From the NCBI GenBank assembly GCA_002104905.1, contig MCFE01000176.1, positions 1 through 64,000 on the forward strand: DNA of 64,000 nucleotides, read 5' to 3'. This DNA is from Basidiobolus meristosporus CBS 931.73 (lineage: Eukaryota; Fungi; Basidiobolomycota). Shown piece by piece: positions 11,392 through 23,899 of the stretch; the first letter of the stretch is position 1; the number at the start of each line of letters is the position of its first letter. A program made the position numbers and the translations under genes. Below the pieces are notes generated by a model, which saw only the letters and a program-made list of their open reading frames with translations, ran no database searches and was not told the origin of the DNA.

Positions 11392-13234
11392 ATGGGTCGC
11401 AAGAAAATCGAGATCAAGCCCATCTTGGATGAGCGCAACAAGCAGGTACTTGTTTGTGGTTCGGAGAAAGTTCGCCGTGGGCTCCCGTACTCACCAACCA
11501 ATTTACTCTTCCTGAAGGTCACCTTTCTCAAGAGAAAGTTCGGTCTGATGAAAAAGGCCTACGAGCTTAGTGTGCTGTGTGAGTGTGAGATCGGGTTGAT
11601 CATTTTCAACTCGCAAAACAAACTTGTTCAATATGCCAGCTCGGACATGGACAAGATTTTGATGAAATATACCGAGGTTGGTTCGCCTGGGCGGCTGGTT
11701 TTCCCGTAGTTTGGAAGGTCTAACTTTTCCTGTTCGCAGTACAACGAGCCACATGAAAGCCGTAGAAACGAGGATGTAAGTAACCGTGAAAGTGAGCCAG
11801 TTGGGAGAGGACAGTTTGTGACTGGGCGTTTCTCTATTCTAGTTCGACAATCTGCTGAAGAACAACGGCCATATGGATGAGGACAACCCACCCCCTGATT
11901 TCGGAGAAACGGCAGAGCCCAAGCAAGTACGACCCATTTTCCTTCCGTCAACTACATAGCCTTTGCTGACATTCTGCACCCAGCACGCGTCCAAAACGCA
12001 CTTCCTGGCGCATCCTCTCCCTCAAGGGCAGAGTCAGCCACCTCAAGCGCAGCATTTAGTTCCACAACACATCCCCCCTCAGCATCACCCGGTGCCGAAT
12101 ACAGTGAACCAGCCAGGACCCAGATTCCTCGGACCGCCACAAACCGCTCCTCAAAATGTCAATATGACTGGATACAATTTCACTCCTAACCTTAACCAGA
12201 ATCCACACATGCAGCCCATCCCACAGGCCCACCAAATTCAACCACCTCACCCAATGCAGAATATCCAACAAAAATTCTATCAGCCAATGGCGCACCAGCA
12301 CCACCACCAGCAGCAGCAGCAGCAGCAACCGCAGACTCAACCACAGCAGCAATTGCCGGTCCATGAGGCACCCCAACCACAACAAGCCATTTCACAGCCA
12401 TACTACCCCATACAACCACCTCAAACCACCCAGGCAGTGCAGGTAGGTAATATTCATTTCTACATCCCGAGCGGGTATTCATCGTCTTTCAGCAACCTTC
12501 CCCACAGCCCTCGCCACAGCCACAGCCTGCCGAGCCATCGCCCAGCTCGAACGCAGCCCAGCAGGCAGCAGGCAAAGGCCGACCCAGATTACGCGTGCAA
12601 ATCCCTGAGAAGAAGCCACAACACACTCCGTCCCAGTTCTCGGCCAATAGTGACACCCAAATCTCCCCTCAAACTAATCTGAACTCTCCACAAACCAACC
12701 TGAACTCCCCGCAGACGAACCTCAACTCCCCGCAGCCCTTATCCGCGCACAGTCCCGTAGCCAAACGAGATACCCAGCCAATCACCAGCGGGCAGATTGT
12801 AACCGACCCTTCCCTTTTTAGTTTGCTGTGGGTTGAGCTGGCTAACAGGTTTCCAATTAGCTTCCGGCCATTCGTACGCAGGATACATCCAGACCCGCCT
12901 CCGCCACCATGTCCCAGTTCGCCCAAAATCTCCCCTCCCCGTCTACGTTCTACCCGGAGTTTTACAATCAGTCGAATGAGCTGCCAAGTCCGCTAACCGT
13001 GAACGCCACTCCGACGAGTGGCGGCACATTCCTATGGCCTTTGCCGCCAAGAGTTCTGCACCCGTCCCCGTTGTCAAAACGAGAAAGGTAAGTCGACCGG
13101 AAGCCCATCCGCATCTACATCCACATCCACATCCACATCAGCTCACATGTACCTTTAGAACGGAAGGGGCCGAGGAGGGCGGGGAAGGCCCTGAGGAGGT
13201 GACCGACGCCAAAAAGGCCAAGACCGGAAGTTGA
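11392..13234 (+). CDS. RLM1: MEF2-type MADS-box transcription factor (RLM1/RlmA-like), multi-exon
   Basis: [48 protein letters not shown]...YTE/YNEPHES; Q/P-rich region; RPRLRVQIP and [16 protein letters not shown] motifs; C-terminal KKAK. Confidence 0.9.
12293..12350 (+). repeat. (CAC)/(CAG) polyH/polyQ tract in the MADS gene
   Basis: caccagcaccaccaccagcagcagcagcagcagcaa. Confidence 0.85.
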
Positions 13235-13508
13235 GCGGGCCGGTAGTAAGTTGCGAGCTAGGCTGGCTGTGCACCGCCTATACCTCCGTTCAACCCGTCA
13301 CCTCCATGTACCTTTAGTCCTAGATCGTCATCAAGCTTTGGCCTTGAGTTCTCCCCTCTTTTCTTCACTCCGGGAGTTTCCATACACTAAATACACATAT
13401 ATGTATACTACCCATCTGATTGGGAATCAATAAATCAATTCACCTGGTCTTTATTGACCTCGTCAGGTATTCTATGAGTGGGTGGCTGCCACGGGGAAAT
13501 TTACAATA

Positions 13509-15468
13509 TCATGGGTGAGTGTGGGCGTCGGTCTTGGTCTTCTTGACGGTCTTCGAGCCGGGGGAGGAGATTTCGATCTCCCGACGGTCCGTATACGTGG
13601 CACTGTGGTGTTGGGGGAAGGGAAGATGTGTTTAGCTCGGTTGGTGACGACATCGTTAGTATCCCACTTACTGCATGGGTGGTCGGAAGGTAGGCGTCCC
13701 TGGGCCGCTCTGTCTCTTCAGACCTTTGTTGGAAGTGTCTCCGTTTGGGGCTTCTCTCTCGGGTGCTGGTCCGTCGTGGGAGGTGTTGAACATATGGATT
13801 AGTCTACGAGGGTTCGCGCCGGTGGGAGGAGGGACGGGGGTGGTTGGAGCTGCGTGGCTGGTGGCTGGCGCTGGAGGTAGACTCGCCAGAGTGGATGGTG
13901 GTGTAGGGCACTGGTTGTGCCCTCCGCGGTCAACCACACATTTGCCATTGTTACCTCCGGATCTGATTGGAAGAGGGGTGCACATGGAGACGCTGGTGCC
14001 TTCGTCACGTTTCCGGATACTTTCTGGGGTGTTCGTGTTGACGGGACCTACTGGCTGCTTGCCAGGGATCACTTCTGTCGTGACCAGGTCTCTTTCTATC
14101 TGCCTGTCAACAGAGGTCAATGGAGTCGTACACTCATTGGCCAGGTAAATGCTGGCTACATACCCTGGTATCTCAGCATCGCTGGATCGATTGGCGAAGA
14201 ACTCGTAGGAGTCGGCCATCTGGGCGAACAGCTCGTCACTATCTGATACCGCGTTAGATGGGCCGGGGAGAATGGTCGACTTCCCTGCCTTACCTTCAAA
14301 ACCGAAGTTCTCACTTTGCACTGGCTCCTTCTTGATCGGGATGTCCTTCTCTTCCCGGAGCGCAGCTGGGTTAGGGGAATGGTTGGTGGGATGGGGATGG
14401 GGATTGGATGGTCCAGGGTTGGCCAGCTCTCTCCTCTCGACCTCCTTTTTCATGGAATCATGATGATACAAGCATTCCAACTCCAACGGTTTGATCTGGG
14501 ATCGAGGATGAGGTGAGTGGGGTTCGGCGAATGGGCAGCCGCCGAGGTTGTCCAGCACATACCGTGGGGGCTTTGAAGCGCGAGATCTGCTTCAAGAAAT
14601 TCTTGTCGTACAGACAGTTTCCCAGGCTGTTTCCGAATGTGCGTAGGGCCCGTTTCAACGCGTCCGTGGCCGCCTCCTTCTTCACCTTCTCGAACGCCTG
14701 GGATTTGGTTTTGGCGTTCTCGATGTTTCCGTAGCCAACATCCTGTCGAGATACACCGGTTAGGTTACGCTCCGTATCAAAGTAGCTTGCCCATGGAGGG
14801 ACGGGGTGAGAAGGGTGACCCATGTAGTGAGTTTACCTCGTGATACGTGCCGTCTTTCAAGGTCACTCGCATGATGCACGACATGCCCAGGGAGACTCTT
14901 CCGGTATCTGTGACGTCGAGCTAAAGGAAAAGAGGAACCCGGTGAATTTGGGGGAAAACCAAAGAGGTTGAGCAGGGTGGCTGAATGGGTCGTACATAAT
15001 CAACGGTGTAATCAACGATGGTAGATGACCAGCCGTTGAACCCGAACATCTCGTTCGCCAAGTTAATAGACTTCCAACCCTCCAAGTAGGCTACCTTAGC
15101 TAGAAAAACGTCCAGTTAGTTCCGTGTAAGCCGCGCTGTATCCTCTTCCAACCAAACAGGCCTCCCCTTCACGGCAGTCGCCACTCTAGGTTAGAGCTGG
15201 ACGCTGCCCAGAGGGAACTGACCTCCTCTCCCTCGTCCCACCTCCCGTTAAAAATATCTTGGCTGGTTCACTTACTTCCGCCAAAGGCCGCTCTGGTACT
15301 GACGTATTCGGGTCCCAGTTGCATGGAAAGCATACGTCTGGTGGAATTCAGCTCTTCCTGCGTGAACGGGATCTGGCCGAAACTAGCTTGGGTATGGGTA
15401 CTGGTGGGGGTGGGGGTGATGTTGTATTGCTCGCGGGGAGTTCTCTCGCCTGAGAACTTTCGATTCAT
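13509..15468 (-). CDS. RAD52: DNA repair/recombination protein Rad52, multi-exon
   Basis: [73 protein letters not shown]. Last exon inferred from GT-AG splicing. Confidence 0.95.
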
Positions 15469-16021
15469 CTTGAACCAAACGAGTGGACACCAAGGGCCCA
15501 CGGGTAGGTTAGTTAGGGATAGGGGGAGGGTGCTTTCAAAGACAGGAACTGAATAGAACAAGGTGTGGAGTGACGCAGCAAGGGTAAAGAAGCGTTCCCC
15601 TACACCCAAGGCTTCGGTTGGCGGTATGGAATGCTCAACAAAGACTGGTCACAACAATTCCCTGAGCCCAGGGTGTGAAAAGTGGGCTAGTCCGCGGCCA
15701 TTGGTGGAATCCGATGAAAATTCGAGGTTTTTGTTTTTCCCTCCCACATTCGCACTATGCACGGCCGAATCATCGGCTGCGGCCTTGGTTTACACTATCA
15801 ATTTATTAGAAGAGCATCGACGGGATAGGGGGGGGGTATTGCGGGGAATCTCAGTACGTGAGGAATGCTGGTGTCGGGTTCTAATACAATATATATCAAG
15901 AGTGAGTGGCGGCCCGACTGATAGACACGATGTACCAGTAGGCTCAAGGGATCGGGGTATAGCACTTGTGAAGCATAAAACGAGATGTGAATAAACCAAA
16001 CGAGGGTCGGCAGGTCGGGGA

Positions 16022-16825
16022 TCAATATGTACGGACCTTGTCAGAGTACTTCCACAGCTGGAAGCATAAAACACAGTCCACCGAGAGTTGGACGATGCCA
16101 CAGAGGAGGAACTGGACCGGGACGTCGTGGAAGTAGTAGTACTGGGTCTTGAACAAATCCCCCAGGAACCAGGTTCCGATGATGACGATGCTAGTATCGA
16201 TTCGACGTGGTTGAGTGGACCATACTGCAAACAATCACCGACCCAATAGGTACTTTACCTGAATCCGGAGACCGATTTGCGCCTGTAATTGAAATACGCT
16301 TGTGGCATAGGGACCGTCGCCTCGATCCCCATCGACAGATACCCCAAAATATCAATGAAGCTTCGGAACGTGCCGAAGAGTAGGTATGCGACAGCAACGA
16401 CCCCGGTGAACGCGACCAGGAACTTTACGTAGTGGCCAAAGGTGGGCCAGTTCCAGAAGCTCGACTTCGCCGGCCACTGGGCATCCACCTTGTACCGAAG
16501 ACAGATCTCCAGCAGCAGGATCTGGGAAAGGATCATGACGAGGCTCTGGTAGAGAAGGGTGGGGTCGAACCTATCCCCGAGCCAGAAGAACACCCGAAGG
16601 ATACTGCGCCGGGGAAAGGGAAGGAGGTTCAGCGGCTGTCTGGTAAAAGTAAGGTGATGTCGTGTGCCCGTACCTCGAGGTTAACAATATCCCACACGTC
16701 GTGAGGTTGAATCCTGCACTCGTCTTCGTACGTCGCACAGCGAAGTACTGGTCCACGTAGCCCGCGATGGGCCCGAATACCATGGCCACCTTCATGCCCA
16801 CATCGAGGAGACTTTCTAAAGACAT
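16022..16825 (-). CDS. PQ-loop membrane protein (ANY1/SLC66A2-PQLC1-like), 3 exons
   Basis: GYVDQYFAVRRTKTSAGF, ILRVFFWLG...LLYQS, EATVPMPQAYFNYRRKSVSGF, WFLGDLFK, FLLCGIVQ. Confidence 0.85.
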
Positions 16826-17223
16826 GGTTTACTGCTCTATCGGTGTGAATATCCTCTATATTCTATATACTCGGTTCTATTCACCGCTCGAGGGAAGCAA
16901 GCAATAGTGTCTCGGAGTGTTTTATCCAATTCCCGCATGGTTCAAAACTGTAGGGATCATCATCAGGTCACGTGATCCGAGGGGTCCGATCAACTTCGGC
17001 GCAGGATAAACTGGTTGCGTAATGTACTGTTTATGGCAGGTGGTAGCTAGGTAGAGTAGGGGAAGAAAGCGTGACAAGAAAGCGTGATACACATCGGTCA
17101 TCTTAGCAACATAATAGCATTGTCCGCCTGGTGGCGTGTTTAATCTTCGTCTTTTTTTATATACTGAATATGGATTAAAAATGAAAAAGTCGGTGGAAAG
17201 GGAGAATAAAGATACATCCAACC

Positions 17224-17265
17224 CATCATCATCATCATCGTCATCGTCATCGTCATCGCCATCAT
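17224..17265 (+). repeat. (CAT)n/(CATCGT)n microsatellite just downstream of the U2AF stop codon
   Basis: catcatcatcatcatcgtcatcgtcatcgtcatcgccatcat. Confidence 0.85.
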
Positions 17266-17267
17266 GG

Positions 17268-18878
17268 TTAGTAATCCTGCGCCTGGAATCTTTCTTCCGA
17301 AAGGTACGAGGCGATCACGATACGGTCAGCAAACCGGCGTCCGGCCAGGGCTCGGAGTGCCACGCTACATTCCTCCTTCGACTCGTATTGAATAAAGACC
17401 TATGATGTCATAGAAGGTGAGTAACCGGGCCCGCTTGGCCAAAGCGTGACTGATCAAATGATACCTTGCCTACTCCAGGAACCGTCTGTCCTTGAATGGG
17501 CTTCGGCACGCGCAATTCAACGATTCTTCCGAACTTGCTGCATTCTTCGCCCACATCCTCCAAGATATCTAACCAGACGTCAGTGACTTGCCAACCAGAA
17601 AGATGCTCACCTGAACTTACCTTGATACTCGTCCTCGTCGTCCAGCTCCTCTGGCATCACCATGTTCAAGAGTTGAAGCACCGTTGTGGGCTCGGAATCC
17701 TGGTTGTTGATGGGAAGTAGATCGGCAGGGATGGGAAGGCTGCCGAGGGTGCCGATAAATGGTGCGGCCGCCTTGGCACCGATGCTTGCTCTCTGCACCA
17801 CCAATCTCTTGTCGCCCAGCTCCATGTTGTTCAGACCTTGACAGGCAATATCGGTCACGCTGGGATCCACGTATTCGCAGAAGGCAAAGCCTTTGGATAG
17901 CCCGGTGGCGGTGTCTTTAACCAGATTGAATGCTCTCAGCTCGCCGAACGATTTCAACAACTCCATCACCTGCTCCTCGTTCAAATATGCCGGCAAACCG
18001 CCAATGAAGATTTTGTTGGGGCTGTCGGGAACATTCGTGGAGATGACGCCTGGGACATGGATGGGGAGTGGCTCGTTACCGAGTCCGGTTGGAGGCTGGT
18101 AGTCCTTGGGTCGGCGGATCTTGAGGGACTGGTTCTGGAAGTTGATTCCGTCGAAGGCCATGGCGGCGGTAGCTTCCTCCGCGGCCTTGAACTCCACGAA
18201 GGCGTAGTTTTTGTCGTGGTTGATCTGCACCGCAACCACTGGCTTACCGGTGCCCGTGGTGATGTTGAGCTCTAGCATGGTGGCATTGAAGAAGTCGGAG
18301 ATGCTCTCCTCGTTGATCCCGTACGGGATGTTTCCTACATATAGTCGGCGTGATTGACGGGCCAAACTGGCGTTCTGGGCCGCAGGTCCGGTGGCGCCTT
18401 GGCTCATTTTGGAGGGATCCAGGGAGCTCATGAGCGCTTGTTGAGCAAGCAGTCCGAATGGATGGGCACCCGGACCACCGAGTCCAGTTGCGTGACCGGG
18501 AAGTGGGAAATGGCCAGTTGCCTTGACCTCCTCGGCGGTCATGCCTTCGTAGCCAGGTGGGGCGACGTCCCAGTTATTCAGTTTACGTGTCCTCAGGTGC
18601 AGCGGGGTGACCGAGGGGCTTCTGTGTCTAGAACGGGAGCTGCTACGGCGAGATCTACGAGAATCCCTATCTTCATGTCTTCGTCTTCTCTCGCGCTCGC
18701 GAGATCTTCCGCTGGAACGCTCAGGTTCTCTCTCCCTTCTGCCACTGCGTCGATCACGCTCTCTATCTCTATCTCTGTCCCTGTCTCGCTCACGACGCTC
18801 ATCCCGGGAGCGATGCTCTCTGTCTCTCGAGCGGTAATGCTCTTCATCATGGTCTCGATGGGCAAGAGCGGTCTCCAT
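17268..18878 (-). CDS. U2AF2: Splicing factor U2AF large subunit (U2AF65/Prp2-like)
   Basis: RS domain, RKLNNWDVAPPGY, RRM1 RRLYVGNIP, RRM2 KIFIGGLP...SKGFAFCEY, UHM VLQLLNMV...VFIQY...ALAGRRFADRIV. Confidence 0.96.
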
Positions 18879-19222
18879 TTTCTGTGATATGTCTAGGGGT
18901 CGTTCCGGTGGTGGGGCTACACTACGGTGGGAATACTACGCAAAGAAAAATATAAGGCGGGGGAAAAATTAAACAAGGGGAGATAAAAATAACTATCTAA
19001 CCGAATACACTGGCTAGGTTGGAATACACACCCAAGGTGGGAGCACTCCTAGGAAAACTTCATCCATGCGTCGATCGAAATCTGGGTGAAAAAGAAAAAA
19101 CCCCCTCCGGGTCGATTGTGATTGGCTCATTGCCACTCGATGTTGGTGGCTAGCCTGGATTATGCCCAGTTCCCTTTGGGCGGCAGAGGCGCTGAGGGAT
19201 GTGTTTGATGTTGGCTACTTTA

Positions 19223-20230
19223 TTAATGTTGGGGTTTTTGGGCCAGGAACGAATTCACCGGTCGGCCATCTTCAATGTACTCAATCCGGTCATGAAGAAT
19301 GGTGTAATGGCCGAAGTATTCCTTCAGCTCGCCGAGCTCCAACCGATGATTCTTCCCGCTAGGCTTGTCAAATTCTATCACGCCATCTACAAACGTACTA
19401 TACAGCAAGATGCCCCCCGGGGCAACCAGCTTGTCTATGATGCTAAAGCTACTGCGTTCTAGGAATCGGATACAGATCACGAGATCGAACTGTTTGTCCA
19501 AGAAGCTTGCTCCCTCGTGGGTGTACTCGGATTTGCTCGAGTCCACCGACTTCACCGTCCCCTCCGAAGTGAATCTGGCTCCACAGGTAGTCACCTTCTC
19601 CGAGAGGTTCAAGCTGTTGGCCAGCTGACGGGTACGGTTTAGCGAGCCTAGCCAAGAGTCAGCCGCGTGGGCGCTCCAGCTGACCTTTGAGCGCGAGCAT
19701 AGCCAGGCAACATCCCGGCCACTGCCGCAGCCAACATCACAGCAGCTCAGTGTCTCCGACCGTGTCCCCTTCACAAGTCTATCTTCAATTTCCTCTATAT
19801 TCTCCTCCAGGAAAGGGCAGGGGCTGAACAGCAAATTGACCGAGCGTTCCGGCCCTTCGGCAACCACGCCCAGCTCCTCGGCCGCCGCCCAAAACTCTGG
19901 GGTGTTCGCGAACGCTTCCGTGATGGTCCATTCCTGTAGTCTATCTGGGATGCCGTGCAAGTCCTTCGGGAGAAGGATTATGAATGGGTTGCGTCGGTGG
20001 GGCAATTCGAACCAACGTCTGGCCAATTCCTCGTACGGAATGTTCGTGGAGTTCTTTATACGTTTCGCGCGGAACTCCTCTTCGCTGCGTAAATCCAAGA
20101 TCCTGGGGACGACCAGGTCACCCAGGCACTTCTCTAGAGACCGTTTGACGCCCTCCGACATGCTAAGCAACTGGGGAAATCCCCCTGGCCATCCAAGCGA
20201 CGGGGAAAGCATCGATTCGGGGATTCCCAT
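19223..20230 (-). CDS. Rhodanese-like domain + class I SAM-dependent methyltransferase (TehB-like) fusion, intronless, 335 aa
   Basis: ILDLRSEEEF...IKNSTNIP (rhodanese fold), CDVGCGSGRD (SAM motif I), FDLVICIRFLER, VAPGGILLYSTF, P...HRLELGEL. Confidence 0.8.
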   Translation of the reverse strand: MGIPESMLSPSLGWPGGFPQLLSMSEGVKRSLEKCLGDLVVPRILDLRSEEEFRAKRIKNSTNIPYEELARRWFELPHRRNPFIILLPKDLHGIPDRLQEWTITEAFANTPEFWAAAEELGVVAEGPERSVNLLFSPCPFLEENIEEIEDRLVKGTRSETLSCCDVGCGSGRDVAWLCSRSKVSWSAHAADSWLGSLNRTRQLANSLNLSEKVTTCGARFTSEGTVKSVDSSKSEYTHEGASFLDKQFDLVICIRFLERSSFSIIDKLVAPGGILLYSTFVDGVIEFDKPSGKNHRLELGELKEYFGHYTILHDRIEYIEDGRPVNSFLAQKPQH

Positions 20231-20382
20231 AATTGGGTGAAAAAAATCGCTCAGACGTTACGAGGTTGAGGATCTGTGCACATGACTTGCGGTAAATAAA
20301 CACTGGTAAATAATAACATTCGAGTGATCCAGAACGCCATTCAACCTTCCAATCGAGCCGGCAACCTTACGGAACAACGACC

Positions 20383-20723
20383 ATGGAGAGCCCACACGAA
20401 GTCCAACAGAAGAACCTGCTGTCGCGCATCATTGTCAACGTGGTACGTCCCTCGTTTTTTTAAGCCCTTTATCCCTTCCCTGAGCTCAACTCGACGGTAT
20501 CAAGGAAAAGCTAAACGAGGTGCTGGAGGAAGTGAACGATCGTATGGAGGTAAGTTCTCCTCTTCCTTCTCGTGAGCCTTGACCAGCCCGGCTGACCACC
20601 CTCTTCCAGGAGCTCAACAACATGAACCACGACATCACCATGCTGTCCCACATCTGGTCGAACTTCGACCGCAACGTTGCCCTGAACTTGGACAACATCG
20701 GGGCTTTTGAGAATCCCGCCTAG
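20383..20723 (+). CDS. DAD4: DASH/Dam1 kinetochore complex subunit Dad4, 3 exons
   Basis: MESPHEVQQKNLLSRIIVNV/EKLNEVLEEVNDRME/ELNNMN...IWSNFDRNVALNL matches the Dad4 pattern (MENPHE...LSRII.NV.RLNE). Confidence 0.88.
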
Positions 20724-21095
20724 CCCAGCCCAGCCCCAACCACCGCGCCGTACCCCCGCACGAACTGTAAATAAATCTGTGTTCGGTCCACGTTGACCGC
20801 GTCCGACCGAATCTCTGTTTTCATGAGGGGAGAGGGTATTTATTCTCTAGGCCCTGGCAGGGGACATGTTCAAGGAAGAGAAATCCGACTAGTATAGATG
20901 TATATATAGATGATGTGATTAAGTATTTTTGGGTGGACGGGTGTGGAAGAAGGGGCGTTTTTGATTGTACGAAGTTTCGGTCGATCCAAGGGTTGAAACA
21001 TAAAAGAAAATTACTAAAACAGAGGGGGAGGAAGGATAACGGTGGGGTGGGGGGGAGGGTGTTTTTTTGGGTGGGGGAGGAGGGAGAGGTTCGCG

Positions 21096-22584
21096 CTACC
21101 TCTCCGCACTAGGGTTTTTCTTTCGTCCAACGGGTGGCTTCTCCTTGACCACGGCCACGCCTGGGTTGCGTCGGAGCAGGGCCTCGTTGATCCGTTGGAG
21201 ATTGTGAAGCTCCTCTCTTTTGAATTTGTACTTGACGTGCTTCTGGGTACGACCTGGGATCATGGAGGCGACCAGGCTGAAGTCTGTACCCCACTTCGCC
21301 AACCCCTTGAAGCAACCACATCGGTTAGTATCTCGAACCCCCCGCCGATATCATCTGGATGGTGGGCGTGCCTACCTGGTAGAACATCTCCGTCTCTTGC
21401 GGGGTCCAGCGTTGGGATTTGATCCGCTTCAGGTATGTGCCGCTGTTGACGTAACGATCGGCTGCCGACTCCTCCACCACATCGAGATTCTGCCCTTGGG
21501 AGTTGCTCAACTGGCGATGCTCTACGAAGAGGGAGGTGTCGTCGAGGACCAGTTTACCATCCACCACTCGCATCTGGGGCGCGTACGGGCTAAACAACCA
21601 GCCAGTCAGTTGGGATCCCGAGAGAACCATCCCACCATCTCCCCCAGAAAAAGCCAAAACCCCCTTACCTCTCTTGCAACTGCGGCCCGGGGGATTCCCG
21701 GAGCGGCTCGCTCCCATCCCTACCGTGGGTGGACTCCGGTGTGGCGGGCGGGGTCGCCTGCTGAGTCCTCTTCCGTCTCTCCACCTTCGCCTTCTCCTTC
21801 TCGATGAACGCCTTCGTAGGCTTGCCACGCTTGGTGTCCTTGCAGAACACGTAGAGCGGGACTTGGGAGTAGTCCGGTTGCTCCTCCCGGTCGTAATCCT
21901 CCAGCTCCTTGATGTCGGCGAGCGTTTTGGACTTCCTTCTTCTCTTGTGGGGGGTTTGCGGGGTGCAGTCGAGGTCGGTCGAGGGGTGCTTTGTGACGGA
22001 GCCGTGGGTGGGCTCGTGGTTGTCGGGAGTGGGGGACTTGGCGATACTGCTGGGGACTGAGATGAGCGTACCCTTGGTGGGTGTGTGTACAGGTGTGGGT
22101 TTTGTGGGGACTATATGCATGGGGGTGGGCGTGGTCGTGGTCGTGGTCGTGGCGAATGAGGGGTTGTTGGCAAGGGAGGTTAAAAGAGGCGTTTCAGAGA
22201 GGAAGGTTGTGTGTTGGCCATCGGGGGTGAACTCGACTAAGACGTATTGGTTAGTGAGGTGGAAGGTGGCGGGCGGGTCTGCTCCAAGACGACAACTTAC
22301 TGGTTAGGGTTGATTGAAAGGATTTGGTTGGAGCGCACCGGATGGGGGTCTTCACCGCCAACTCTTCCTCTGGCTGTTTCTCCACATGGTCGGGTTGGCT
22401 CTCGGGTGGCGGGGTGTTGGCAAGAGTTGCTCTTCTGGCGGCTCGTTGCTTGATTGTGGGAGTGAACCGTTTCTGACCTTTGTCTGAGGGAAAACCACCG
22501 ATTAGCCCAGGGAAAAAGGGTTCCTACCCACACGGGGCGCCCATACGTACCTACTCGGATGGAAATGATGTTGGGAGTGGACAT
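21096..22584 (-). CDS. BDP1: TFIIIB subunit B'' (Bdp1), multi-exon
   Basis: N-terminal RVDKGQKRFTP, LYVFCKD...GK, PQMRVVDGKLVLDDTSL, SANT domain RWTPQETEMFYQ/GLAKWGTDFSLVASMIPGRTQKHVKYKFKREE. Confidence 0.9.
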
Positions 22585-23899
22585 GTTGGACGGACGTGCC
22601 TGCGTCCAAGTGACTTCACGGATATAAGGGACGCTGGCGTGATGATGTGAGATACCTCTGGAAGAGTAAAATGGTTGGCATTTCCCGCTTAAATCGCCTA
22701 TTTCCATGGATATCCGTGGAATACGATCCATCCCTCCCAACAATCCTGGTCATTTCGTCGGCGACCATGGATCCTCGATCCCCTCCGATCACGTGGTCGT
22801 TCACACAGGATCCATGTTCCGCTGCTCTCTTCACCACCCGCACCTCATTCTGCGTCGTCTTTCCACCCACTCACCCTAATCTGCGGAACCCATCCCGTCC
22901 AATCAGCGGATGATCACCCTCGAATCCCATAGCCCATTAGGTTGCGTAATATGTCAAGTGTTATCAGTAACAACCAATATCCGCCAATCAGCTCATCTGA
23001 CGTTGGCTAGCCTGAGGGATCTCCCCCCCCAATATGGGCCATCGTTGCTGCCTCTCAAGCCGCCTCTGGATTGGTCCGCTTCCCCTCGCAACACCCATGT
23101 TGCTTGACACGTGATTTCCCCTGGGGCGAGGATGGCTGACTAGTGAATCTTCCCATCATGGAGAATGGTCTGGTGACAAGTGGGCTGTGAGCCTGAACCA
23201 TCTTATGCGCCAAGTAATCACCAACCCTTGCTCTGATCCGCCACAAAATATGGAGGATCGATCATTTGAGCGCCAAGTTCAAGGCTAGGGAGGAGGAGGA
23301 GGAGAGGGAGGAGACGAAGGATACGTGGCACCCGTCCTGATCGGTCCACTGCTTCAGTTGTCAGCCCACTACAGATCACTGCGTTCAGTTGGAGTTGTGT
23401 GATGTGCCATCCAAGTGTACCATACCATATCATCCGTAGGGATTGTCATGACATGAGCCACACCACGAATCCTACGGGAAGTTGGTGTCATGCCGGCCCC
23501 ACATCTCCAAATCCCCCATGGTCTTGGGGTGGGCGCCTCGCATTTAATCCGCCCCCAACCCAGGTCACCGGCTGGAAATGCAACTGTGAATATGGGTATC
23601 GATCAGGCTTTCTTGGGTGAAGGTGCAATGTGAAGTCATGATAGTACATCAGGTGTTTCATCTGTTGGTGGTCACCTGTATTGAATAGGTTTGGATACAG
23701 TCAGAAACATATGATGAGGTTCCCCAAGCAAGCTGGTGTGCTATCGTGACTGATTGGCGATGGGCTTTATCCAACCGGTAATACAGTCATCCTATCCTAC
23801 CCCTCCCCCATGGGCTTGAAGCCCTGTAGTGGTCATCTCTCTGTAGTGCAACTTTTAAGCCAGGATTTAGCCCTGAATTATTCCTGGTACTCCCAAGGT

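Noticed and set aside
11392-13234. Mating-type locus
   Set aside because: The transcription factor is MEF2-type MADS, not HMG or homeodomain; no tptA/rnhA or pheromone genes in the window
11500-22500. Many overlapping or antisense ORFs in the track (e.g. 13675-14148, 18354-18887, 19836-20240, 21220-22060)
   Set aside because: Shadows of GC-rich real genes, with no independent domain signal
22600-23600. Additional gene upstream of BDP1
   Set aside because: Only short unrelated ORFs; CCAAT and CACGTG motifs fit promoter sequence
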